This document shows positions 19,924 to 27,479 of a stretch of 64,000 bases of DNA, one piece after another. Made by a program: the position numbers and the translations under genes. The first letter of the stretch is position 1. Each line of letters begins with the position of its first letter. The notes under the pieces are model-generated. The model searched no databases. It saw nothing but the letters and a program-made list of their open reading frames with translations, and was not told the DNA's origin. Source of the DNA: an uncultured Clostridia bacterium (GTDB lineage Bacteria; Bacillota; Clostridia; TANB77; CAG-465); the NCBI GenBank assembly GCA_948562205.1, contig CAOYAN010000006.1, positions 1,636 through 65,635 on the forward strand, read 5' to 3'.

Positions 19924-21213
19924 TCAAATTTCTATAAAAATTTTTACTTTTGCTCCAACAGATATATCATTAGATAATTCTAGCTTTCCTCCATGCTTTT
20001 TGCAAAGAATACGACTAATTATTAATCCTAATCCACAATGCTTGCCATCACTTGCAGTAGGTATAATTAAATTGTTTCTTTCTTTTAAAACATCTTCCGA
20101 AAAACCTATACCATCATCTACAATAGAGATTATTAAATAATTTTCTTGTATATTAAATGATAAATTAATTTTTTCTTTGGAATATCTAAGAGCATTATTA
20201 ATTATGTTCTCTAAAATTCTATAAATAATATAAGAATCTATATTTATCTTCTCTTTAAATAACTTCTCTGCCTCTACATCCAATCCTATTCCTTTAGACT
20301 TTGTAATTTGTTTTAAATCTGATTTTACATCTTCAATGAATTTTCGAGTAGAAATTTCTTTACGATTTACTTCTATATCTTCTAAGGCATTAATCGTACG
20401 AATAGAATCTGTGTATCTTTCTAGTCTTTTAGCTGTTTTATTTATATTTGAAGTAATTTCTAAAATTTTTTCTTTACTTAAATTATCATTTTGTAAATTT
20501 GTTTGTAAATATTCTGCATATCCTTCTATAATTGATATTGGATTTCTTAAATCGTGAGCAACTGATGCTTGCAGAAATCTTCTTTCTTCAATCATTTTCC
20601 ATAATTCTTTGTTTGTTTCTTCAAGTATTTGTCGCATTTTTTCAAAAGAATTACAAAGTTTCCCCATTTCATCATTTGATGTATACGATAATTTGAAATC
20701 AAGATTTTTATTTGATATTTGTTCCATTGAATTTTCAAGGAGTTTTAATGGTTTATTTAATTTCTTACGATAAAAAATAAATCCACAAATTAAAATTCCA
20801 ACTATAGAAAATATCATTGGAATTGCTATCATTGCTATTCCACATATTTGATATGCAATTTTTCTTTTTGGAGTTAGCATATCAAAATTATTTTCAATTT
20901 TTTCAATACTTGTTTTTATATCAGATAGTTCAGAGTTATTTATCGAACCATCTTCTGCTCCTGTCAATCTAGGAATATCATACATTTCTTTTCCTAATTC
21001 TGTACTAAATTCAAGTTCTTCCATTCTTCCATCGCTATATGTTATATTTAATGTTACACAAATTGCATTAGAGTTTGGCAATAAATACTCTCGAAATTTT
21101 TGACATCCCCATATACTTAATAATGATAAACATATAACAATGAAAAATGTAATTAAAACTATTAATACAAAATAATTTTGTAATGAACTGCATTTCCTTT
21201 TTAATTTTTCCAT
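19924..21213 (-). CDS. Sensor histidine kinase (2 TM, HAMP-like, HisKA, HATPase)
   Basis: H-box SVAHDLRNPISII and G-box GLGLIISR. Overlaps the response regulator gene by 13 nt. Confidence 0.85.
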   Translation of the reverse strand: MEKLKRKCSSLQNYFVLIVLITFFIVICLSLLSIWGCQKFREYLLPNSNAICVTLNITYSDGRMEELEFSTELGKEMYDIPRLTGAEDGSINNSELSDIKTSIEKIENNFDMLTPKRKIAYQICGIAMIAIPMIFSIVGILICGFIFYRKKLNKPLKLLENSMEQISNKNLDFKLSYTSNDEMGKLCNSFEKMRQILEETNKELWKMIEERRFLQASVAHDLRNPISIIEGYAEYLQTNLQNDNLSKEKILEITSNINKTAKRLERYTDSIRTINALEDIEVNRKEISTRKFIEDVKSDLKQITKSKGIGLDVEAEKLFKEKINIDSYIIYRILENIINNALRYSKEKINLSFNIQENYLIISIVDDGIGFSEDVLKERNNLIIPTASDGKHCGLGLIISRILCKKHGGKLELSNDISVGAKVKIFIEI

Positions 21214-21878
21214 CTATAACCTACTCCCCAAACAGTTTCAATATAATTGTTTCCTGTTATTTCTTGAAATTTATTACGAATTTTTCTTATGTGTTCTTTT
21301 ACAACATTACTATCTCCTTCTGCATCATATCCCCATACTGTTTCATAAATTTTTTCTTTATCAAAAACTTGTCCTTTATTTGTAATTAAATATTCTATTA
21401 AATCAAACTCTTTTTTTGAAAAGGGTATATCTTTATCATAATAAGATATTGTTTGTTTCGATAAATTAACGAGTAGTCCATCAGAAGTTGTAAAAATGGA
21501 AAAAGTATTTTTATTTCTCTCATCTCGACGTAAATGTGCTTCAATACGAGCTGTTAATTCTTTAAGGCTAAAAGGTTTTGTAATATAGTCATCTCCCCCA
21601 TACTGAAATCCATTTATCTTATCTTGCTCTGTAATACGAGCTGTCAAAAAAATAATAGGACAAGATATATGATTTCGTATATTACAGCATAACTCTAATC
21701 CATTTGTTCCAGGCATATTAATATCAAGTATGATAAGGTTTGGCTGATGTCTTAATTCTTCTATAGCCTCATTTACATTATTTGCTATAAGAGTGTTATA
21801 GCCACAGTTTTGCAGATGTGAGGATATTAAATCTGTTATCATTTCTTCATCATCTACAATTAAAATTTTATATTTCAT
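21201..21878 (-). CDS. OmpR/PhoB-family response regulator
   Basis: Receiver KILIVDDEE..DINMPGTNG and winged-helix end ETVWGVGYRW. The likely start is MKYKIL at 21878. Confidence 0.9.
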   Translation of the reverse strand: MKYKILIVDDEEMITDLISSHLQNCGYNTLIANNVNEAIEELRHQPNLIILDINMPGTNGLELCCNIRNHISCPIIFLTARITEQDKINGFQYGGDDYITKPFSLKELTARIEAHLRRDERNKNTFSIFTTSDGLLVNLSKQTISYYDKDIPFSKKEFDLIEYLITNKGQVFDKEKIYETVWGYDAEGDSNVVKEHIRKIRNKFQEITGNNYIETVWGVGYRWKN

Positions 21879-21914
21879 ATCCATGACCCCCATTATATTT
21901 TAATTTATAATTGT

Positions 21915-22505
21915 CAACCACCTTGCACTAAAGTACAAGGCTTGGATTGCGACTAAAAGTCGCTTTTGCGGGCTGAATACCCTACTATTTTATTATCTTA
22001 AATATCTCATCTATATTATCTTTCTGATTATTTATATATTCTTCTATTATTTCCTCTGTTACTGTTCCTAGTGTTCTACAAAAATATCCTGGTGCCCATA
22101 AGTGTTGTCCCCAATATCTTTTTTTCAACTCTTTAAATTCTTAGTCTTGAACTTCTTCCTTTTAATAATTTTATTATTTCTGCTGGTGCTATATTTGGAC
22201 TACACGATATTAACATATGTACATGTTCTTTTCCTATTTCTCCTTTTATTATTGTTATACCTTTTGCTTCACATCCCTGTCTTAATAATTCTCTTAATCT
22301 TTCCGCCACTTTTCCTTCTATCACTCTATATCTATATTTTGTTGTCCATACAATATGATATTCTATATCATATTGTGTGTGGCTTCCATTCCTATACATT
22401 TATTTCACTCCCTTTGGTATAACAATTATACCATATGACAATGAATTTGTCTCCTAGTTCTAAAGAATTTCTGCACTAAAAGTGCAGGGCTTGATACCAC
22501 TCGCT
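21915..22505 (-). mobile_element. IS200-group (IS200/IS605 family) element, decayed; boundaries approximate
   Basis: A Y1 transposase gene is flanked by similar, same-orientation subterminal hairpins with ACTAAA(A)GT loops. These are CCTTGCACTAAAGTACAAGG (21921-21940), GCGACTAAAAGTCGC (21949-21963) and CTGCACTAAAAGTGCAG (22471-22487). Confidence 0.7.
21985..22399 (-). pseudogene. tnpA: IS200-type Y1 transposase TnpA, frameshifted
   Basis: Track ORF 22133-22399 gives YDIEYHIVWTTKYRY...HVHMLIS..LKGRSSR then a stop. A different frame continues EFKELKKRYWGQHLWAPGYFCRTLGTVTEEIIEEYINNQ to TAG 21987-21985. The frameshift is near 22125-22135. Confidence 0.75.
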
Positions 22506-22526
22506 AGCATAGTCAAATATTTACAA

Positions 22527-22796
22527 TTATATGTTTTTCAAGTATTCTTCTAACTCTGATAATTTAATCTTTTTAGCCAAGTTAGTAATATCAATGTCAT
22601 TTGAATAATTGAAAACTAAAAAAGTAATATTTTTGATAATCACTCTATGTGGCTCTATATATGTAAGATTAGTTCTCTCTAATTTTCTAATGCTACCATT
22701 TATAAAAGTAGAAGTAACTTTAGAAAACTCACATATAAATTCAAGCCTTTGTTTTAGACATTCCTCAAATTCTAGTTTTTGCTTAATTATCTTCAT
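22527..22796 (-). CDS. Hypothetical protein, 89 aa
   Basis: ORF only; no recognisable motif. Confidence 0.4.
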   Translation of the reverse strand: MKIIKQKLEFEECLKQRLEFICEFSKVTSTFINGSIRKLERTNLTYIEPHRVIIKNITFLVFNYSNDIDITNLAKKIKLSELEEYLKNI

Positions 22797-22844
22797 TTAA
22801 AACAGAATCCTTTCGTTTGGATGATTTTAATATTGTTTTTAAGC

Positions 22845-22881
22845 AACAAAAAAATCAACCAGATTTTATTTACTGATTGAT
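22845..22881 (-). terminator. Rho-independent terminator after tRNA-Leu
   Basis: Minus strand ATCAATCAG...CTGGTTGAT (9 bp, one G-U) followed by TTTTTTTTG. Confidence 0.65.
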
Positions 22882-22924
22882 TTCTGTGTCTATCTGTTCA
22901 ATTTAGTTCGAACAGATACGTCGT

Positions 22925-23009
22925 TGGTGCGGGTAAAAGGACTTGAACCTTCACGTCGCTAGACACCGGCTTCTAAGACCGGCGCGTCTGCCAATTCCGC
23001 CATACCCGC
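22925..23009 (-). tRNA. tRNA-Leu (anticodon UAG), class II with long variable arm, encoded CCA
   Basis: Acceptor GCGGGTA/TACCCGC + A + CCA. Anticodon stem CCGGT/GCCGG with loop CTTAGAA. T-arm GAAGG-TTCAAGT-CCTTT. 85 nt. Confidence 0.9.
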
Positions 23010-23027
23010 ATTCCTAACTACTTCTAT

Positions 23028-23056
23028 ATAATACCATATGAATTTTAGTTTGTCAA
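23028..23056 (-). promoter_or_regulatory. Promoter for tRNA-Leu
   Basis: Minus strand TTGACA (23056-23051), 17 nt, TATTAT (23033-23028). Confidence 0.5.
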
Positions 23057-23186
23057 TAGTATAATAAAAATTTGTCATTTTTTTATATAGGGTAACTTAA
23101 AAAGGTTAAATTAAAAGAAAAAAGATACAGTTATTCAAAATAACCATATCTTTATAAAATTCACTATATTACAATATTATATAATA

Positions 23187-26100
23187 TTACCTACTAATTA
23201 CATATTTTCTAATAAAATTTATTCCAACTATAATTCCAACAATTGACACAAAGAAAATAACAATATATGACAATACATTTATATCATTTGTATCTACAAC
23301 TGGTTCATATACACATTTATTTATTACTACATTTCCTTCAATTACTTTTTCATAATATTTAGATGTACCTTTTTCATTCACTCTATACTCTATTTCATCT
23401 CCATATTCATCATACTTTGGTAATTTTACTTCATATGACCAATTATTATCTGCACTTACTTTTTCTTCAACAACCAATTTATCTTTATTATATACTTGTA
23501 ATACTACACTTCCTGGTCGTTTACCATACTCGTTATTATTATCTTCCCATTTTTTTACTGCTTTTACAAGTATTTTTTCTTCTGGTACTACGAACTCATT
23601 TGTTACTGTATTTTTATCTGTAAGTACTTTTTTATAGAATTTATTTCCACTATATCTTTCATCTATATAGTATTCTATCTCATTTCCTAATTCATCATAT
23701 TTTGGCACTTCAAACTCATAACTCCAATTATTTCTGTCACTTACTTCTGCTTCTGCTATAATGTTTTCTCCAACTTTTAGTTGTAATATTACACTTGTAT
23801 CTCTTTTTCCACCTGCATTTCCATTATCATTCCATACTTTTTTTCCTACTATCTTTATTCTATCTTCTAGTACTACAAACTTATTTGTTATAACGTTTCC
23901 TACTATTTCTTTTATATAAAATTTACTTGACTCTTCATCAAGTTCTTTTTCATCTACTGTATATTCTATTTCATCTCCTGTTTCATTGTATTTTGCAAGT
24001 TCAAATGTATGTTTCCACCCATTAGCACTACTTACTACTTGTTCTGCTACTACTACTCCACCTGTTTTAACTTGTAATGTAATACTATTTGGTCTTTTTC
24101 CTGCCACATTTCCATTGTCATCCCATGTTTTCATTACTTCCAAGTTTATCTTTTCATTTGGTACTTCAAATTTATTTGTTACTGTTATTTCATTATCTTT
24201 CTTTTCTACTTTTTCTTTTGTGTAAAACTTACTTCCTGTATCTTTTTCATCTATTGTATATTCTATTTCATTACCGAGTCTATCGTATTTTGAAAGTTCA
24301 AACTCATATCTCCAGTTGTTTGCTTCATTTACATTTTGTTCTGCTACTACTGTATCATTTGCTTTTACTTGTAATGTTATGCTTTCAGGTCTCTTATCTG
24401 CTTCATTGTTATTATCATTAAAACTCTTTATACCAACAATTTTAATTTTATCTTCTGGTACTGTAAATCTATTTGTTATAGTATTTCCTACTATCTCTTT
24501 TGTATAGAATTTATCTGTTACAAAACTTTTCTCATTTACAGTGTATTCTATCTCACTTCCATCTTCTCTATATTTTAATAAATTTGTAAATGTATGCTTC
24601 CATTCACTTTCTTCTGTTACTTCTGCTTCTGTAATAAGTCTTTCTCCATCAAATATTTGTAAAATTACACTACTTGGTCTTTTATTTGCCTCATTGTTGT
24701 TATCTTCCCATATCTTTGTTACTTCCACGCTTATTCTTTCATCTGGTACTTCATACTTATTTGTTACTATAGTTTCTGTATCTGATATTTTTTCTACTTT
24801 TTCTTTTATATAAAACTTATTTCCTGTATCTTTTTCATCTATTGTATATTCTATTTCATTTCCAAGTCTATCATATTTTGAAAGTTCAAATTCATATCTC
24901 CAGTTGTTTGCTTCATTTACAATTTGTTCTGCTACTACTGTATCATTTGACTTTACTTGTAGCATTATACTTTCAGGTCTCTTATTTGCTTCGTTGTTAT
25001 TATCATTAAAGCTTTTTATACCAATAATTTTAATTTTATCTTCTGGTACTATAAATCTATTTGTTATAATATTTCCTACTATCTCCTTTGTATAAAATTT
25101 ATCTGTAGCAAAGCTTTTCTCATTTACTGTATAGTTTATCTCACTTCCATCTTCTCTATATTTTAATAGATTTGTAAATGTATGTTTCCACTCATCTTCT
25201 TCATTTACTTCTGCCTCTATAATAAGTCTTTCTCCATCAAATATTTGTAGTATTACACTACTTGGCCTTTTATTTGCTTCATTTTCGTTATCTTCCCACA
25301 AACTTTGCACTTCTATATTCTTCTTATACTCTATTTCACTTTTAGCAACTGATATTTTATCTATATAGTTATTTAATTTACTTTCCCTTAAATATAAATA
25401 TCCTGATGTATATGCACTATTAATATATAATGTCTTACTATTTTTTATTTTTCCATTAATTATAAATTCTATATTATCATCTTTTAAAGTTAATTTATCC
25501 TCTCCTACACCCCACTTTATTGTTACTTCGTTTGTCTCACTATTTATGCTAATCAATTCTGGATTTTCACTTAAATTGTATTCTGTTCTTTCTCCATTAG
25601 ATGCTATAAAGATTGCATTTACATCTTCAATATCTATATCTTTATCCACTTCTACTACCACTTCTGTTTGATATAATCCTACATTTTCTACTGTTTCATA
25701 TACATTTTTAGAAGAGCCTTTAATCACAATATTTTCATCTTTGCCATCATTAGTTAAATTCATTTCATATTTTGGATATTCTACATCAATTGATACTCCC
25801 ATAGTACTTACCATAAGTTTACAATTCTCAACATTTGAAATTTTAAAATACATATTATCCACATTATTAGTAAATCTTATATTATGTTTGTTCAGTGTTC
25901 CATCTATCTCAAAAATTTCTAAATCAGTTCCAGCAATTTTTGTATATCCATATATTGGGCTTTCAGATAAAAAGCCATCTTTAAGATACAAATCCTTACC
26001 ATATTTTGTAGCATTTGTTATAGGTTTTAAATTTTTACTGACAAGCCAAGTAAACGGATTCTTCGTAGTTCTTATTGTACTACTACCATATGTAACTTCT

Positions 26101-27059
26101 TTTTCATTACCTACAGTTCCATCATTTGAATAAACCAATGAATTATATTGAGTAGTCCTAGGATCACCACCAGATATGCTCATTAAAATTTGTCCTGTTA
26201 CTCTTATTGCCTTTGGTGTAGTTATTCCATTATTTAACATATTAATAGTCGCACTTTTTCCTTTTCCATCTAAATATCTAGATCCTATTTTTAATGATAA
26301 GTTTCTAATTGGATTTTCTTCATTTTCTTCAATTACAATCAATTTCCATGAACCATATGCATCAAATCCGTCATAGTAATATGGATATGGAATATTACAA
26401 CAATAATATTCTCCATAGCCTTCCTTTTTTACAAAATCAGTTACATCTACAAATCCTACATAATATTTATTATTATTAAAATAAATTTTATCCATTTTAG
26501 TTTCTATGCCATTTTTACTTGGTCCAATAAAAGTTATTGGATATGTTTCTAATAATCTTTGATATGGAGTAATTCTACTATTTACTTCTATTACTAAATA
26601 TGCCTTATATATTTTATCATTAGGATTATCTTTTTCTAATACTGCCATAGTAGAGTTTCCTTTTACAATACAGTTATTATTGCTATCATAAACCTCTCTA
26701 TCTTTTTCATATTCTTTTAACCATTCATACTCTTTTAATAACGATAATTTCGAATAATATTGCTGATTTACAGACATATATTTTTGCCAAACTAAAACAC
26801 CTGATATATTATCACATCCTGTAGCATTAAATTTATATGGTCCTATTATATCTTGAATAGTTTCAAAACCATTAAGTTTTATTGCTTCTGTTGTTCTTCC
26901 TTGTTCTTGAATATATCTATTTATATTTTCATCCTTTTTTATATCTCTTTTAATTATTACTTCTTTTCCAATTTGAAAAATTATTGTAAGTAAACCTACT
27001 ATTATTACTGATAATAATACTACAGTAATTTTACTTTTAAATTTCTTTTTTTTATTCAT
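23187..27059 (-). CDS. Large surface protein: signal/anchor, unique ~550-aa head, array of Cna-B-type (isopeptide-type) repeat domains, C-terminal TM anchor
   Basis: Repeats of (V/I)xKxW(E/D)DNxNxxxKRPxS(V/I)xLQ(V/I)...NxW.YxFxxLxKY...GxEIxYT(V/I)xE, the classic Cna-B pattern. The C-terminus is YEPVVDTNDINVLSYIVIFFVSIVGIIVGINFIRKYVISR. The likely start is MNKKKKF at 27059 after GGGAG; the track start is 27074. Confidence 0.85.
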   Translation of the reverse strand: MNKKKKFKSKITVVLLSVIIVGLLTIIFQIGKEVIIKRDIKKDENINRYIQEQGRTTEAIKLNGFETIQDIIGPYKFNATGCDNISGVLVWQKYMSVNQQYYSKLSLLKEYEWLKEYEKDREVYDSNNNCIVKGNSTMAVLEKDNPNDKIYKAYLVIEVNSRITPYQRLLETYPITFIGPSKNGIETKMDKIYFNNNKYYVGFVDVTDFVKKEGYGEYYCCNIPYPYYYDGFDAYGSWKLIVIEENEENPIRNLSLKIGSRYLDGKGKSATINMLNNGITTPKAIRVTGQILMSISGGDPRTTQYNSLVYSNDGTVGNEKEVTYGSSTIRTTKNPFTWLVSKNLKPITNATKYGKDLYLKDGFLSESPIYGYTKIAGTDLEIFEIDGTLNKHNIRFTNNVDNMYFKISNVENCKLMVSTMGVSIDVEYPKYEMNLTNDGKDENIVIKGSSKNVYETVENVGLYQTEVVVEVDKDIDIEDVNAIFIASNGERTEYNLSENPELISINSETNEVTIKWGVGEDKLTLKDDNIEFIINGKIKNSKTLYINSAYTSGYLYLRESKLNNYIDKISVAKSEIEYKKNIEVQSLWEDNENEANKRPSSVILQIFDGERLIIEAEVNEEDEWKHTFTNLLKYREDGSEINYTVNEKSFATDKFYTKEIVGNIITNRFIVPEDKIKIIGIKSFNDNNNEANKRPESIMLQVKSNDTVVAEQIVNEANNWRYEFELSKYDRLGNEIEYTIDEKDTGNKFYIKEKVEKISDTETIVTNKYEVPDERISVEVTKIWEDNNNEANKRPSSVILQIFDGERLITEAEVTEESEWKHTFTNLLKYREDGSEIEYTVNEKSFVTDKFYTKEIVGNTITNRFTVPEDKIKIVGIKSFNDNNNEADKRPESITLQVKANDTVVAEQNVNEANNWRYEFELSKYDRLGNEIEYTIDEKDTGSKFYTKEKVEKKDNEITVTNKFEVPNEKINLEVMKTWDDNGNVAGKRPNSITLQVKTGGVVVAEQVVSSANGWKHTFELAKYNETGDEIEYTVDEKELDEESSKFYIKEIVGNVITNKFVVLEDRIKIVGKKVWNDNGNAGGKRDTSVILQLKVGENIIAEAEVSDRNNWSYEFEVPKYDELGNEIEYYIDERYSGNKFYKKVLTDKNTVTNEFVVPEEKILVKAVKKWEDNNNEYGKRPGSVVLQVYNKDKLVVEEKVSADNNWSYEVKLPKYDEYGDEIEYRVNEKGTSKYYEKVIEGNVVINKCVYEPVVDTNDINVLSYIVIFFVSIVGIIVGINFIRKYVISR
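24126..25298 (-). repeat. Tandem duplication of a two-Cna-B-domain unit (588 + 585 nt) inside the adhesin gene
   Basis: Unit 1 runs 25298-24711 (196 aa, starting WEDNENEANKRPSSVILQIFDGERLI...). Unit 2 runs 24710-24126 (195 aa, starting WEDNNNEANKRPSSVILQIFDGERLI...). By eye about 90% identical at protein level. Confidence 0.8.
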
Positions 27060-27100
27060 GAATTCATCTCCCATTCTTTATTTTTCTCCTATTTTTATAT

Positions 27101-27109
27101 AATATACCA
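27101..27109 (-). promoter_or_regulatory. Candidate extended -10 promoter (TGgTATATT) for adhesin 1
   Basis: Minus strand TGG-TATATT with a poor -35. Conserved in the copy upstream of adhesin 2. About 45 nt upstream of the start codon. Confidence 0.35.
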
Positions 27110-27127
27110 TTTTTAAAAAATACTGAA

Positions 27128-27173
27128 TGACTTATTATACTTGTTTACATGACCTTTTGTACTTGTTTTTACA
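27128..27173 (-). promoter_or_regulatory. Tandem direct repeats (24 + 22 nt), candidate activator-binding site abutting the -35 position
   Basis: Gene orientation: TGTAAAAACAAGTACAAAAGGTCA (27173-27150) then TGTAAACAAGTATAATAAGTCA (27149-27128). The same pair occurs upstream of adhesin 2. Confidence 0.4.
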
Positions 27174-27209
27174 CACAAAAAGCACTGGTACTATTACTTA
27201 GTATCAGTG
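27171..27209 (-). terminator. Hairpin plus T-run ending the small upstream transcription unit (or attenuator)
   Basis: Minus strand CACTGATAC-loop-GTACCAGTG (27209-27183; 9 bp with one A-C mismatch) followed by CTTTTTGTGTG. Conserved in copy 2. Confidence 0.45.
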
Positions 27210-27261
27210 TATATATTTTAAGGCAGAATCTACCCTTGTTATTTCATTTTCTCTTGTGTTT

Positions 27262-27327
27262 TTAAAACTTAGTTGTGTGTGTGTGTGTGTGTAGTTTTAT
27301 CATGTTTGTGTTAATTTTAGTTACCAT
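27262..27327 (-). CDS. Small upstream ORF, 21 codons in this copy, truncated relative to copy 2 by the dinucleotide-tract frame
   Basis: ATG 27327 (an alternative ATG is at 27333). Peptide MVTKINTNMIKLHTHTHTTKF, stop TAA 27264-27262. Whether it is translated is unknown. Confidence 0.3.
   Translation of the reverse strand: MVTKINTNMIKLHTHTHTTKF
27274..27292. repeat. Dinucleotide simple-sequence repeat (TG)9T, equal to A(CA)9 in gene orientation
   Basis: Read directly: ttgtgtgtgtgtgtgtgtgtgtag. The paralogous site at 48122-48130 has (TG)4T. Confidence 0.95.
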
Positions 27328-27364
27328 AATCATTTTCCTTTCTTTTTCTTTTGATTACACATTT

Positions 27365-27393
27365 ATCCTATCATTTCTTTAAACTTTTTTCAA
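27365..27393 (-). promoter_or_regulatory. Candidate promoter of the small upstream unit (copy 1)
   Basis: Minus strand TTGAAA (27393-27388), 17 nt, TAGGAT (27370-27365). Confidence 0.35.
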
Positions 27394-27428
27394 GTACTAT
27401 TTATTTTTTAAATTTTTTTATTTTTTCT

Positions 27429-27457
27429 TTGACAAACTTTTGTTTGTTTGATATAAT
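27429..27457 (+). promoter_or_regulatory. Consensus promoter for rmuC
   Basis: TTGACA (27429-27434), 17 nt, TATAAT (27452-27457). Confidence 0.6.
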
Positions 27458-27479
27458 TATCTTGTTTTAGAAAAGAGGT

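Noticed and set aside
22102-22422. Plus-strand 106-aa Leu/Phe-rich ORF in the track
   Set aside because: It is the antisense shadow of the IS200 tnpA gene. Its composition is low-complexity and there is no RBS.
23363-26376. Many 60-130-aa plus-strand ORFs inside adhesin 1, with similar ones at 42650-47125 inside adhesin 2
   Set aside because: They are antisense shadows of an AT-rich repetitive gene. They repeat with the Cna-B period, have a Leu/Phe/Ser/Tyr-rich composition, and lack RBSs.
23187-27059. Periodic DNA repeats that could be mistaken for a CRISPR array or other non-coding repeat array
   Set aside because: The repeats are in-frame Cna-B protein domains of 85-196 aa, not 25-40-nt repeats with unique spacers. 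No CRISPR array is visible anywhere in the window.
27075-27345. c-di-GMP riboswitch (GEMM-I/II) upstream of the adhesins, as known for some clostridial adhesins
   Set aside because: The leader lacks the GC-containing conserved cores (for example GCAAAGCC / ACGCAC-type segments). I see no tetraloop-receptor architecture. A cmscan would be needed to exclude it formally.
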